Positions 28,354-38,942 of a DNA stretch of 64,000 nt are shown here, piece by piece (position 1 is the stretch's first letter; every line of letters begins with the position of its first letter). The position numbers and the translations under genes were made by a program. Below the pieces are notes generated by a model, which worked only from the letters and a program-made list of their open reading frames with translations, did no database searches and was not told where the DNA came from. Origin of the DNA: Candidatus Eiseniibacteriota bacterium (lineage in GTDB: Bacteria > Eisenbacteria > RBG-16-71-46 > CAIMUX01 > VGJL01); assembly GCA_963792585.1 (NCBI GenBank), contig CAWBWI010000003.1:96001-160000 (forward strand), read 5' to 3'.

Positions 28354-30792
28354 TCACTCCACCACGAACCACTTCGCCGTATCGCTCCCACCGGGCACGT
28401 CAAGACGCAGCAGATATGCACCCGCCGGCAGTGCGCGACCCTTGCTCCCGCTGACGTCCCAGCGAAGCAGCCGAGTCCCAGCCTGCTGGCCCGTCAGTTC
28501 CTTGCGCGCGACCTCCCTGCCCTGCGAATCGAACAGGCGTAGCAGGCCGCCTCCAGGCCGCGGCACGGTGACAGAGAGGTTCAACCACCGCCTCCCGGGA
28601 TTCGGCCACGCACGGACGTGGACACCCGCGGGAAGGATCGCGCGCGCGCTCACGGGACCATACCGTCCAACCGATCCCCGCGAGTCGAACGCTTCGACCG
28701 CATACTCATAGAGCGCCCCGGGCTCGACCGTCCCATCCAGATAGCTGCCCTCAGGCGATTCCGCGGGCATCCGCGGCGACACGCCCGTCCATGCTCCTCC
28801 GGCACCCGCAGTCCTCCGTTCGACCTGCACACCCTCCAGCAGAATCCCCTCGGGAATCGTCCAGGAGATCAGGATTCCGTCCGCGCGAGCTGTCGCCATC
28901 GGCGCCAGCAGAACCGGCGTCGGCTCATCGGGACAGTGGAGGGCGGCAACGTTGAAGGACTCGAAACCGCCGAGGTAGAGGTATTCGTCCGACCCGCAGA
29001 TGGAGAATCCCCCGCCTCCCATCGTCGTTCCGCCGACCAACGTCGGAAGGCTGGGATCGGAGATGTCGGCGACCATCAGCCAGCCCCCCGTCACCACGTA
29101 TGCGTAGGCGCCAGACCCGATGACATCCTGACCATAGTCGACCATCCCCCCGATTCCCTCGAGTTGCGGGGCATCCGGGTTGGAGACATCGACCACGGCG
29201 ACGCCAGGGAATCCCCCGACGAGCAGGACGTGTTTTCCCGATACGGCAAGGCCATTGATATAACTATCCATCTGGATCGCGGGATGCGCCCATCCGCCGA
29301 TGTCCCCAATGTACAGCCACCCACCCCACGAGCCGACGTACATCTTCGTCCCCGAGATCACAATACTCCTGATCCAGTCGTCCGGAGGCTGGGTGTACAG
29401 AAGATCGGGATGCGTGGGATCACTCACATCCACGACATCGATACCGTGCTGCGTGCCGAGGTAAGCGATCCCGTCGTGCACGGCAATCCCCTGGGTCGTC
29501 CACGCTGACCTGGCAGTTCCCACGATCACCGGCGTCGTCGGGTCGGACACATCGATGACCTGAAGGCCGTACCATGCGTCAGCGACGTAGGCATACTGGC
29601 CGAGAACCACGACACCCTGGGCCTGCCCTGGCGTGTCGACCGATCCAACAACCCTCGGGGCATCCGGTGCGTCGACGTCGACGATCGAGAGTCCCTCGGT
29701 GTCGCATGCCAGGTAAATCAAATGGCCGTCGACGGCAGCGTCATACGCCGCCTCCGGGAGAGGAACCGTGCCCACCAGTGGGGGTGACACAGGAACGGAC
29801 ACGTCGATCACCTGCATGCCGCTTCCCCAGCATGCTGCGTATGCATAGTTGCCATCGACTGCCACGTCGAACGTGTAAGAACCGGTCTTCGCGGATCCCA
29901 CGATCCTCGGAGATGTGGGATCCGAGACATCGGCGACCTCCAGGCCGGCCGACTCATCGCCGAAGAAGACATGGTTGCCGCTGACCGCTATGCCGGAGGC
30001 ATACCTCTGCGCGGGCGCGCTGCCGATGAGGATCGGATTCGTCGGGTCCGCGATGTCGAGCACCTGCAGACCGGCATCACCCCCACCTACATAGGCGTGT
30101 GTACCGGAAATTGCGATCCCGTGCGCCGAACCGGGAGGGTCCAGTCCTCCGGCGAGGAATGCCGCGTCCGGGTCCAGGATATCGATCACGGCGACTCCAG
30201 CATCGAGCGCACCAACGAAGGCGAATGCTCCACTGAGGGCGACGTCGACGGGGCGACCTCCCGGGACAGCCACGACACTCGTGACCTGAGGAGCGGCGGG
30301 GTCCGAGACGTCGATGACCACGAGACCGTCGGTCCGATCGGCGACATAGGCCCGCGATCCCCGGACCGCCACGGCGAAGGCATCGCTGGTGGAGACTCCA
30401 CCGAGTCGGACCGGAGCGGACGGTCCGGACACATCGAAGATCTGGAGTCCCGCCGAGGCTGCCGCGACGTACGCCAGCGTTCCGGCTACGGCGACCCCGT
30501 TCGCATCGTCTGCAACAGAGGCCTGGCCGACTCGTGATGGATGGGTCGGGTCATGCACATCGATGATCTGCAACCCACGCACGACGTCCGTCGCATAGAC
30601 GTACCCGCCGGCGAAGGCCACGTCCCAGATGGGCCCCTCCGTGCCAATCCCTCCAACCCACCGGAGCGACCGGGAGTAATCGAGGCACTCGCCAGAGGCG
30701 GAGGAAGTCGGAAGACCCATCAGCATCACGCAAATGGCCGGGACCGACCAAACGCCAAGCTTGGATGTCCAGATAAGGCAAGCAGGTTTCAC
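28354..30792 (-). CDS. LVIVD-repeat secreted protein with FlgD-Ig/T9SS-like C-terminal domain
   Basis: More than 10 repeats of V..xGxYAYVA....GLQ(V/I)xDVSDPxxP; C-terminal WPNP...FDSQGR...WD...LPAGAY. Start re-called at GTG 30792. Confidence 0.85.
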   Translation of the reverse strand: MKPACLIWTSKLGVWSVPAICVMLMGLPTSSASGECLDYSRSLRWVGGIGTEGPIWDVAFAGGYVYATDVVRGLQIIDVHDPTHPSRVGQASVADDANGVAVAGTLAYVAAASAGLQIFDVSGPSAPVRLGGVSTSDAFAVAVRGSRAYVADRTDGLVVIDVSDPAAPQVTSVVAVPGGRPVDVALSGAFAFVGALDAGVAVIDILDPDAAFLAGGLDPPGSAHGIAISGTHAYVGGGDAGLQVLDIADPTNPILIGSAPAQRYASGIAVSGNHVFFGDESAGLEVADVSDPTSPRIVGSAKTGSYTFDVAVDGNYAYAACWGSGMQVIDVSVPVSPPLVGTVPLPEAAYDAAVDGHLIYLACDTEGLSIVDVDAPDAPRVVGSVDTPGQAQGVVVLGQYAYVADAWYGLQVIDVSDPTTPVIVGTARSAWTTQGIAVHDGIAYLGTQHGIDVVDVSDPTHPDLLYTQPPDDWIRSIVISGTKMYVGSWGGWLYIGDIGGWAHPAIQMDSYINGLAVSGKHVLLVGGFPGVAVVDVSNPDAPQLEGIGGMVDYGQDVIGSGAYAYVVTGGWLMVADISDPSLPTLVGGTTMGGGGFSICGSDEYLYLGGFESFNVAALHCPDEPTPVLLAPMATARADGILISWTIPEGILLEGVQVERRTAGAGGAWTGVSPRMPAESPEGSYLDGTVEPGALYEYAVEAFDSRGSVGRYGPVSARAILPAGVHVRAWPNPGRRWLNLSVTVPRPGGGLLRLFDSQGREVARKELTGQQAGTRLLRWDVSGSKGRALPAGAYLLRLDVPGGSDTAKWFVVE

Positions 30793-31297
30793 GACGGCCC
30801 CCTTCTCACGAGGAAGAGCACCCCGACTCCGGCTCCCAGGTCGGTATCGCAAGCGCACGAACTACATCCGGAATGCCGCACCTGATTATACTCTGTATTG
30901 GTAGGCTGGACTCTCGGAATCTCCGCAGCGCAATGCTTCGTACCCGCGCGAACAGCCACCATGCCGCGCCTCCCACACGTCCCCGACCCGGTGAACGGGC
31001 GCACGATCGGGAAGGCAGCGCTTCATCGAGAACAGCGCCCGATCGGCAGGAGCGATCCCGGCGGCGGCGAGCGGCTCCGCGATTTCATCGAGGCGCAGGG
31101 GCGAGCCGCGCAGGCTCAATGGCTTCCCTCCAGCGAAACGGTGAACGCTCTCGGCATAAGCGAACCCCAGGGAGGACGCCACACGAGACCGCGTTCTCCT
31201 GGTTGACGCGGCCGCGATTGTGGCGTGCCGCGCGCGCTACTTACCAATCCCGAGAGCCCGGTGGTGCGTGTCTGCTGGGACTATCTATCCGCGCACG

Positions 31298-32074
31298 CTA
31301 CATAGGACCGCTTGACGATTCGGCGCTCAATGCCTCCCTAAGAGCGGTTTGGAAATGATCGAAACCAAGTTGATCGGCTAGTCCCAGCAGGATTCTCTCT
31401 TCCGGCGCGTTGGACGCCGATCCGAGTTCCTCAGGATTCGCCGCTTCTGCGAATCTCACGATCGCTGTCCGCAGTGCCTCGCGATCAATCCCGGCAAGGA
31501 CCGGCGTGTTGGCTGTGGCCATCGCGACGAAATTGGTCGCTACATTGCGGCACAGCTCGGCACGGCGATCCATGACCTCACGTTTCGTCACTCTCCCACG
31601 ATCGATGCTGAGGATCAGGTCCTCTTCATACACCGATCCGAAACCCATGTGCTCATATTGAAGTCTCTCTCCTCTGGGCACGCGGAGCTCTCCGGAGAAC
31701 CATGTGGCCGCTACGCGGTCACCCGCCTCGGGAAAGAGGAAGGTGAGAGGTACCTGGCGCGGGTTGAGTGCGCGCTCCACCAGACCGGCCCAACCTCCAC
31801 CGGATGGGAGAGCCTCGAGGTTCTCACGGAGGCTGATGTCCATTGGATGCGATGCCCTCAGCGGCTTGGTCGCGATCCAACCCTTGAGAGCTACCAAGAA
31901 GAGAACATCATCTTCGATCTCCCAGGTAGCGACATAGCCCCGCCAGTAGGACGTGATGGCGGACGCGAACGGCCAACCCTTTCCCCGTCTGGCGATGTAA
32001 GGGTCGAGGGGGGTGGAATAGAGTGAGACCTTCTCGCCATCGACGATGAGAATGTCGGGCTGTTGTGCGGTCAC
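31298..32074 (-). CDS. Conserved hypothetical protein
   Basis: MTAQQPD...YWRGYVATWEI...ATWFSGELRVPRGE...HMGFGSVYE; globular and protein-like, resembling a widespread uncharacterised family. Confidence 0.7.
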   Translation of the reverse strand: MTAQQPDILIVDGEKVSLYSTPLDPYIARRGKGWPFASAITSYWRGYVATWEIEDDVLFLVALKGWIATKPLRASHPMDISLRENLEALPSGGGWAGLVERALNPRQVPLTFLFPEAGDRVAATWFSGELRVPRGERLQYEHMGFGSVYEEDLILSIDRGRVTKREVMDRRAELCRNVATNFVAMATANTPVLAGIDREALRTAIVRFAEAANPEELGSASNAPEERILLGLADQLGFDHFQTALREALSAESSSGPM

Positions 32075-32549
32075 CGGAGTTCCCTGCTCGCCGCATCCAG
32101 GATCTGGTCTGGGTGAACCAGGCTGCCCAGTAGGCTCTTGGGGTATGAGAACATTGAGTTCACATCCATCGGCAAGCCTCGCCTCCAGCGTCAGCTATGC
32201 CGAGAGGCTATCCCCATACCGGAAGTCGGTCAATGGTGAGCAGTGCGCGGGGCTTGAAGTCGATCGGGTTCCGGAACAAGTTTGCCATCGATAAGCCTGC
32301 AACCAAGGCTCTGAAAGGAGGTCGAACGACAGACTGACCGTAGTCACGTGTCATCCTGATGACCGCCGATGCGATCGGGACACGCCGGGCATGAGCGCTG
32401 GAGCGCGGGGATCGCGGGCCCGCCAGATCGGAATTGGCGTGGCCCTTCTGGCTCCCCGCGAGTATCATCAGGTGCGCGATATCCGGAGAACGGATGGTGA
32501 CTCGTCGGCGGTCCAATGTCTGGATAGAGTTCTTAGGAGGCAAAGGGCA

Positions 32550-34031
32550 ATGAGTCCATGGCTGCGCCGTCTGCTCGTCACCGGGGCCCTCATCATCGCC
32601 TATCGTCTCGGAATGGGCATTCCACTGCCGGGAATCGGTGCGATCTGGGATTGGATCGTCTCGACAGACCCAAGGAACATTGGTGGGGGCGGCTACGGCC
32701 TGGGGCGTGTATCGTTTCTTGGGCTTGGTATATCCCCGTACATCGCAGCCTCGGTCTTCCTGTTGCTCCTGAGCGGCGCAATCGCACCGCTGCGCCGGCT
32801 GCGCGACGGGAACGAGGCGCAACGCTCTCGATTCACCGCCTATCTCTTGGGTATGACGGCTTTGGTTGCATTGGTTCAGGGGCTGGGGATCGCCATCTAT
32901 TGCCAGAGCTTGAGGCACCAAATCGATCCCGCCGGCTCCACGAATTGGTCCGGCTATCGCATCGCCATCATGCTCCTGCTCGTCGCGGGGTCTTTCGTCG
33001 CAGTCGGGATTGCTCACTTCATTACAAAGTATGGCATCGCTAACGGTGTTGCGATTCTGGTTGCCATTCCTTTGCTGACCGAGGCCATCCCCAGGTTCCG
33101 GACTTCCATCCTCAATCCCCGCGACTCTCAGGCACCACCCCCGCTGCTGGCCATTCTCGTGCTGGGCATTGGGATTCTCCTCTCCATCTTGATCATCCAG
33201 TCGTGTCGAAAGCTACCCTTGCAGTCGGAAGGGAACACGGGCGCCGTTAGTGACAACTCAGAGGAACTGCCGTGGCTGCCCCTTCGAATGCAGCCCGCAG
33301 GGGCCGCGCCGTTGTTCTTCGCCGACAATTTGCTTCACGTGCCGGCGACCGTCCGCTCGCTTCTCGAACCAGACGCGACCGGACCGCTCATGTCGGCTTG
33401 GTTGTACACGGGGGTGAGTAGCCTCCTGATCATTGCCTCCAGCATCTTGTTCGCGTCCTGGATCTTCAATGGAGCTGATCTGGAGGGTCGCCTGAATGCA
33501 TGGCGCGTGCGAATCAAAGACGACGCAGGCGATCTGTGGACCGCGCGACGTCTGGAGCAGGTGCAGGAAAAGCTGATCTGGGTGGGCGCCCTGATGCTCG
33601 TGCTGGTAGGTGCGTTGCCGTTGCTCGGGATCCGGTACGAGCGGTTTCTGGAGGGGATCGCTGGTCTGGTGGATGCCCACCTGGTGGTGCTCACAGCCGT
33701 CGTGCTGGAGATCTGGAGAAACCTGCGCGCCTGGCGGAGGCATTCGCGGAGTGGTTCGTGGGCCTCGGTCTATCGAAGCGATATCGCGTTGGAAGCCCGG
33801 CTTGTCTGTCATGCGCTGCGCCAGGCAGGTTTGACTGCCGTAATGCACTCAGCCAGGCCAAGTCCAGTAATCGGCTCCTTCGGGTGTTGGGAGGTCTGCC
33901 GGCCGCAATTCCCGTCCGTGGTCGTCTATTCCCGGCTTGGCTCCGGCCATGACGAGGTCCATGTGCCGGCTGACGTGAGAGTGCAGGCGGAGGAGGTACT
34001 CGCACGGATCGCGCCTCCTCCTCATGTGTAG
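32550..34031 (+). CDS. Divergent SecY paralogue with C-terminal DUF2007-like domain
   Basis: ATG 32550 after AGGAGG. YRLGMGIPLPGI, LGISPYIAAS, ITKYGIANGVAI and LPLRMQPAGAAPLFFA align with SecY TM1, TM2, TM5 and TM7. Tail VYRSDIALEARLVCHALRQAG...VHVPADVRVQAEEVL. Confidence 0.8.
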   Translation: MSPWLRRLLVTGALIIAYRLGMGIPLPGIGAIWDWIVSTDPRNIGGGGYGLGRVSFLGLGISPYIAASVFLLLLSGAIAPLRRLRDGNEAQRSRFTAYLLGMTALVALVQGLGIAIYCQSLRHQIDPAGSTNWSGYRIAIMLLLVAGSFVAVGIAHFITKYGIANGVAILVAIPLLTEAIPRFRTSILNPRDSQAPPPLLAILVLGIGILLSILIIQSCRKLPLQSEGNTGAVSDNSEELPWLPLRMQPAGAAPLFFADNLLHVPATVRSLLEPDATGPLMSAWLYTGVSSLLIIASSILFASWIFNGADLEGRLNAWRVRIKDDAGDLWTARRLEQVQEKLIWVGALMLVLVGALPLLGIRYERFLEGIAGLVDAHLVVLTAVVLEIWRNLRAWRRHSRSGSWASVYRSDIALEARLVCHALRQAGLTAVMHSARPSPVIGSFGCWEVCRPQFPSVVVYSRLGSGHDEVHVPADVRVQAEEVLARIAPPPHV

Positions 34032-34288
34032 CGGCCTACTGTCCCTCCCATGCGTGTGTCACGAAGACCATGAAGGGAGGTCACCCCTCGTCACCGCGGC
34101 ATCCGCCACGCCGGCCGTCCCGACGAACCCAAACGTCATCCGCACCGCGAGCGCTTGCGTCTACACACGCCCGTATGGCGACAATGAGACATTATTCACA
34201 TGACCAATCGGTTGGAATGACTCATCGCAATGGTGGTAGGATATCCGCGCGATTCGTTCACGTTCCGGTGTCGAACAAGGAGGGTTCC

Positions 34289-34693
34289 ATGCCAACCACC
34301 GCCAATACCACTTCGTATATTGCCGGCGCTCAACGGACTCAGGGCCTCGTCGCTCCGGCAGTGATGGGCGAGCACGTTCTTGTCAAATTGCGCGGGCCGG
34401 GGGTATTCGTGTGCGCAGAGGTGAGCAGGCAAGGCGATCCGGCGGGAGTTTCCTTTGTCTCCCTCGATCTCGACAACCGCAATGTCGTATCCGTGTCGTT
34501 CGAGGCCGTCGGCAACTGGGGATTGACGCAGAACAATCCATACGGGCTCGTACGATTGAAGGGCAGCGGGATCGACACCTTGGCCATCGGGTACCAACTC
34601 CCCCTTCGTTTCGAGAAGGAGCTGGTGCTCAAGGTCACCGTGCAGGAGATCGGCATTCCCCAGATTCTCGCGAATGTAATTCACGGGATTTGA
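34289..34693 (+). CDS. Hypothetical beta-rich protein
   Basis: ATG 34289 after AAGGAGG; 134 aa with protein-like composition. Confidence 0.6.
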   Translation: MPTTANTTSYIAGAQRTQGLVAPAVMGEHVLVKLRGPGVFVCAEVSRQGDPAGVSFVSLDLDNRNVVSVSFEAVGNWGLTQNNPYGLVRLKGSGIDTLAIGYQLPLRFEKELVLKVTVQEIGIPQILANVIHGI

Positions 34694-34821
34694 GGGCGCG
34701 CGCCGCGCGAGGGGATAATGGAACGGTGCGCCGGCGATCCCACCGATCGTCGGCCCCGAGACTGCGCGCACTGACGTGGAAATCCTTCTCAGACGACGTC
34801 TCCGGGCCTTCGAGGTGCGTC

Positions 34822-35265
34822 TCAGCGGGTCAACAGGGCCGCCACTTGCTGCAGCAGGGCCCGCCCGTCACTGTCCTTCACAACATGAACTACTTTGTGC
34901 GACAAGATGGACAATTCCCTCTCCAGGTCCTTCTCATCCAGGACAGTGTACAGGATGATCGGAACGGTCGTGAGCTCAGGAGTGCTGCGGAGTCTTGCCT
35001 GGCATCTGAGTCCGGCGCGATAGAACCCCTCTGCCTCCACGTCGCGCGGGGGCCTGGGCATGTTCGGTGAGGGCTCGGTCCAGGGCACCATAACGTCCAT
35101 GATGATCATGTCGGGAGGGTTCGCCACCCAGCCTGTGATCGCTTCGTAGAACTCATGCTCCGTGTGGATTTCCTCGATCAAGGCCTCCGGGTACTCTCCC
35201 GAAAGCAGCTCCTTAATGTAATCAACCTGCATCTCGTCGTCTTCGACTACGACAAACCGCGTCAT
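34822..35265 (-). CDS. Single-domain response regulator (receiver)
   Basis: VVVEDD, IIMDVM (phospho-acceptor Asp), PIILYT and conserved Lys; no output domain. Confidence 0.85.
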   Translation of the reverse strand: MTRFVVVEDDEMQVDYIKELLSGEYPEALIEEIHTEHEFYEAITGWVANPPDMIIMDVMVPWTEPSPNMPRPPRDVEAEGFYRAGLRCQARLRSTPELTTVPIILYTVLDEKDLERELSILSHKVVHVVKDSDGRALLQQVAALLTR

Positions 35266-35277
35266 GCTACCTCACTC

Positions 35278-37659
35278 CTAGACCGGGAACACCAGCCGGA
35301 CAACCGTCCTCCCCCCGTCGTCGGTCGGGACGACCACCAGCTTTCCACCATGCGCCTTCATGACACTGCTGACGATCCACAAACCGATGCCTGTTCCCTC
35401 CCCCAGCACCTGCTTCGCGTTTGCGCCCTGCCAACCCCGATTCGAGCACTGGGCGACGTCCTCGGCAGTGATGGGTATACCGACGTTCGTCACCGCGACG
35501 CAGTTTTCTCCATCCGCCCTTTCAGCGAGGACGGTCACCCTCGTGTTCGAGTAGCTGTACTTCGCCGCGTTGTCGAGCACGTCCATTACCATCTGCTCCA
35601 ACAGGTCCCGATCGACGACGATCCCCCGAGAGAAGTAGGTCGTCACGCTTTCGGTTTCGACCTCCATCTCCAAATGCCGGCGGCTGTTGATCGTACACTT
35701 AGTATCGGCCGTTGCCTCAATCAGCAGTCGGACTAGGCTCTCTACGGAGATGGATGTCGGCTTCAGCTTGAGATTGCGACCGCTCGCGAGGTCGGCAAAC
35801 ACCCGGATATTCCGGGTCACCCGCATTGCTTTTGCGCACAGCCCTTTGATGGCCGCAAGCTGACCGCGCAATTCATCTTCCTGGGGCATCCGCCGAATGG
35901 CTCCGCGGGATCGGATGACAGCCATGTTGATCGGGCTCTTCAATTGGTGCCCGAGGTCCAGGAAGGTCTGTGTTTCTTGAGCCTGCATCGCGCTGACGTC
36001 GCTCAGGGTCGAGATGAGATGGTGATACAATCCGAGCTGCTGCCCGATCAACTCCACGACTTTCGGCGCCTGGAGGGGCAGCGCCCTCAGGCCGAGACTT
36101 CGCACGGTCAGCACGCCCCGGATGCTGCCGGGGCTCGTTCCGACTGCAGTCACGATCATTGCATCGACGTCGGGTACGCTCCGATCAGCGAGACCCAAGC
36201 ACTCTTGACGATTGAAGACAGCCGCTTCCCCAGTTCGGAAGACCTCCTCAGCAGCGCTGCGGGCCGTTCCGCCCGCCGTCGCAGAGGCCGCGATTCCAGC
36301 CCGAATTTCTCGGCCCAACCCTAAGGTGGCCACAACCATGAGCTTATTGGTCGCTTCGTCGTAGAGCTTCACGTCGAGAGCATCAGCACCCGGTAGCCCT
36401 GCCTTCATGAGGCGGAGGGACCTTCCGAGCAAACGCGCGCTTGAAGGACGCTTTCTCGACAGCTCCCGCGAGAACGCGCGGTTCAGTGCCGTCACCGTGT
36501 CCACGAGCTGCTGCCATGATTGCGTCTCCTGCTGCGCGCGCATGAGGTCGATCCACATCTTCCATGCGTGTGCGATGCGCGCAGCGACCAGAAGGAGCAA
36601 CCGCAGTTCCGGCTCGCCAAAGAAGTAAGGCCCGCGCACAGCGGTGCAGCAGCGGATCGCACCCAGAACACTGGAGCCTGCCTTCAACGGAGCCGCCATA
36701 AAGCTCAGCGGCGGCATGGCAGTCTTTGCATCGATCTTGAGGAATCGTCGCGCGGACTCGTTGATGTCCAGGGAGTCATTCCACTGAATGCCGGGGTAGG
36801 TCTCCTGATTCTCCGCATCGCTGGGCACAAAAGTGGCCAGGTCGAAGATATTGACGGAGCCTCCTTTCGCGAGAACGTACCCCGTCAGACCCTCGCTCAG
36901 GGCCGCGCGATACCGCTGCTTCGGCATCTCCTCGGGCCAGGTAGTTCCTACAAGGTCGTAATAGCCTGGGGCTGAGAAGGGATCCTCGAGGAAAACGGAG
37001 GTCTCAAGGCACTGCAGCGCCCCTTGAACATGTTTTGTGACGGCGGTGATCGCTTGTTGGAGGGTTCCCTTGCTGGAGGGGTCGTGCGTGTTCGTGACCT
37101 CCGCCTGCTGAACAAGGTCGTCGACTTCGATGATGAGATTCAGCAGCACGCGGTCTCGGATCATCTGATACGTTGCAGGGAGTCCCTGGGCAAGGCCGAT
37201 CGCGTCGGATACCTCCGCATCCGTGAATCCACTCTGGGCGGCAGTACGATAGAAGTTGATCGCTCCACGGCCTCCGTCCGGGAATGTGACTGGCACAACA
37301 CAGAACGCGTTGATCGAGAACCGCGACCAGAAGGACGTTCCTCGGAAGACCCCCGGCTCCCGGCTAACGTCCGCGACAATGCGCAGCTCCTGCTTCATGA
37401 TCGACTCGCCGGTCACCGATTTGCTCACGGGCATGTTCTTGAAGGCGTATACCGCGTCCCCGGGAAACCAATGCGCGAGCGTTGAAAGCGTCTGCTCGCC
37501 GCCTGCCTCTCCCTGTCCTCTCGGCTGAACAGCCTCCCACACAATGACGCCCTCGGCCCCCATCTGCCGGGTGGCGGCTTCGAGGACGCGGCCGAAGGTG
37601 GAGAGGCCCCTGCCCTCCGAGGCGATGCGCATGAGCTCGTGCAGGTTCGCAGGCATCAT
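35278..37659 (-). CDS. Cytoplasmic multi-GAF sensor histidine kinase
   Basis: Two to three GAF-like regions; H-box LGHQLKSP, N-box VLDNAAKYS, G2 GTGIGL. Start re-called at about 37659 (MMPANL). Confidence 0.85.
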   Translation of the reverse strand: MMPANLHELMRIASEGRGLSTFGRVLEAATRQMGAEGVIVWEAVQPRGQGEAGGEQTLSTLAHWFPGDAVYAFKNMPVSKSVTGESIMKQELRIVADVSREPGVFRGTSFWSRFSINAFCVVPVTFPDGGRGAINFYRTAAQSGFTDAEVSDAIGLAQGLPATYQMIRDRVLLNLIIEVDDLVQQAEVTNTHDPSSKGTLQQAITAVTKHVQGALQCLETSVFLEDPFSAPGYYDLVGTTWPEEMPKQRYRAALSEGLTGYVLAKGGSVNIFDLATFVPSDAENQETYPGIQWNDSLDINESARRFLKIDAKTAMPPLSFMAAPLKAGSSVLGAIRCCTAVRGPYFFGEPELRLLLLVAARIAHAWKMWIDLMRAQQETQSWQQLVDTVTALNRAFSRELSRKRPSSARLLGRSLRLMKAGLPGADALDVKLYDEATNKLMVVATLGLGREIRAGIAASATAGGTARSAAEEVFRTGEAAVFNRQECLGLADRSVPDVDAMIVTAVGTSPGSIRGVLTVRSLGLRALPLQAPKVVELIGQQLGLYHHLISTLSDVSAMQAQETQTFLDLGHQLKSPINMAVIRSRGAIRRMPQEDELRGQLAAIKGLCAKAMRVTRNIRVFADLASGRNLKLKPTSISVESLVRLLIEATADTKCTINSRRHLEMEVETESVTTYFSRGIVVDRDLLEQMVMDVLDNAAKYSYSNTRVTVLAERADGENCVAVTNVGIPITAEDVAQCSNRGWQGANAKQVLGEGTGIGLWIVSSVMKAHGGKLVVVPTDDGGRTVVRLVFPV

Positions 37660-37738
37660 GTACCGAAGTATCCGCGGGCCGGCAGCTTGGATGCACCGCC
37701 ACCTCCACGCAACGCAGGACTCGTCCAACAGCTCCGCG

Positions 37739-38371
37739 TCAAGGCAGGACCTTGATTCGGCCGAGCACCTGCCGCCTGTTGATGTCGATGGCCGAGCTGA
37801 TGTCCGTGAGGACTTCGTCTCCGGTAATGCGGACGCAGTAGGCAATGTGGCCGTTTACCGCGGCGATTAGAGAACGTTCCGACTGATAAGGATGTGCGCG
37901 GCGTACGTCTTCGATCTTTTCCGCCAGCTCATTTGCAACTGGGGACATCGAATGCTCCATTCGGATGCACATCACTTCCCCGTTGCATAGCGTCCTCAAG
38001 ATCCGGTACCTGGTGACCATCGGAGGGATGAACCCGAGCGCCTGTTTCCAGTAGACCCCGCTGTCCCGTGACAGGACAAAGTGAAGATGCGGCAGGCAGG
38101 TAACGACCCAGGTGGGCCAGAGAAACCGATCGGCAAGGACCACGAGGTACCAGTCCGAGTGCTTTCCCCGCTCCTGCTCCAGGAGCGCGCGCATCCGCGG
38201 ACGCCGGTCCGGATCGCCTTCAATTGCTGCCGCGAATTCCAGAACCTGCCGCGCCCAGGCCGTCGCCGTCGCATGTCGTTTGGTGGCGGCGCCCACACGG
38301 AGAACTGCGAGGAACAGGGTCAACGCCAATCCCGCCGCGACGGCTGCGGTTACAGTTTCCTGAGCCATCAT
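37739..38371 (-). CDS. Hypothetical protein with N-terminal membrane anchor
   Basis: Start re-called at ATG 38371 (ATGA overlap with the upstream stop); N-terminal hydrophobic helix. Confidence 0.55.
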   Translation of the reverse strand: MMAQETVTAAVAAGLALTLFLAVLRVGAATKRHATATAWARQVLEFAAAIEGDPDRRPRMRALLEQERGKHSDWYLVVLADRFLWPTWVVTCLPHLHFVLSRDSGVYWKQALGFIPPMVTRYRILRTLCNGEVMCIRMEHSMSPVANELAEKIEDVRRAHPYQSERSLIAAVNGHIAYCVRITGDEVLTDISSAIDINRRQVLGRIKVLP

Positions 38372-38733
38372 TGCAGGAATGACAGGAAGGGCTGCTGTTC
38401 CACGACGTGCATGTAGAACCGCTCCACCGCGTGCACGATCGAAATGCCACCAATGGCCCCGCAGGACAGCTCGACGCAGCCGTGCGGGGTGCTTCCCGTT
38501 GCGACGATATACCCGAATGCGGAAGAGAAGATGATACTGACTATTATTGTCAGCAGGAGGAACGGAAAGTGCTTGGACGAAGACTCGAGTGTGACCGGGT
38601 ATACCGCAGCGAGGAGGGTGATGGACTTGTGATTGAACCCGTCGGCAAACCACGCCTCCAGTAGGGCAGGCAAGAGCGGAAGGACCATCAGCACGAGGAT
38701 GCTCGATGTGTAGTGGTGCCACGGTTTCAGCAT
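38368..38733 (-). CDS. Small four-TM membrane protein
   Basis: 121 aa, four hydrophobic segments, GGGAGG RBS. Confidence 0.6.
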   Translation of the reverse strand: MLKPWHHYTSSILVLMVLPLLPALLEAWFADGFNHKSITLLAAVYPVTLESSSKHFPFLLLTIIVSIIFSSAFGYIVATGSTPHGCVELSCGAIGGISIVHAVERFYMHVVEQQPFLSFLQ

Positions 38734-38942
38734 TCGCGACCTCCCGTCGTTAGGACAGCCTGGAGTCCAGGCCGAAGGTGTTCATTCGATTGCGGATCCG
38801 TATCTGCGAGGCATTGTTGATCCGCGGGAAGGCGGCCTCCCAAGGTCGACGCGGGCTTGTTCCCCCTCGTCCGCACTGGCACAGGGTCTTTCGGGATCAA
38901 CGGGGTTCGCGGGCTGCGTTCGAGCGATTCGCCGTTCGCAGT

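Noticed and set aside
30873..31290. Short ORFs between the LVIVD gene and the 258-aa gene
   Set aside because: No recognisable motif or convincing RBS; possibly a gene remnant but unsupported.
32550..34031. Housekeeping secY or accessory secY2
   Set aside because: No rplO/adk/map context and no secA2/asp or serine-rich substrate genes; docking loops are altered and an extra domain is present, so no gene symbol is given.
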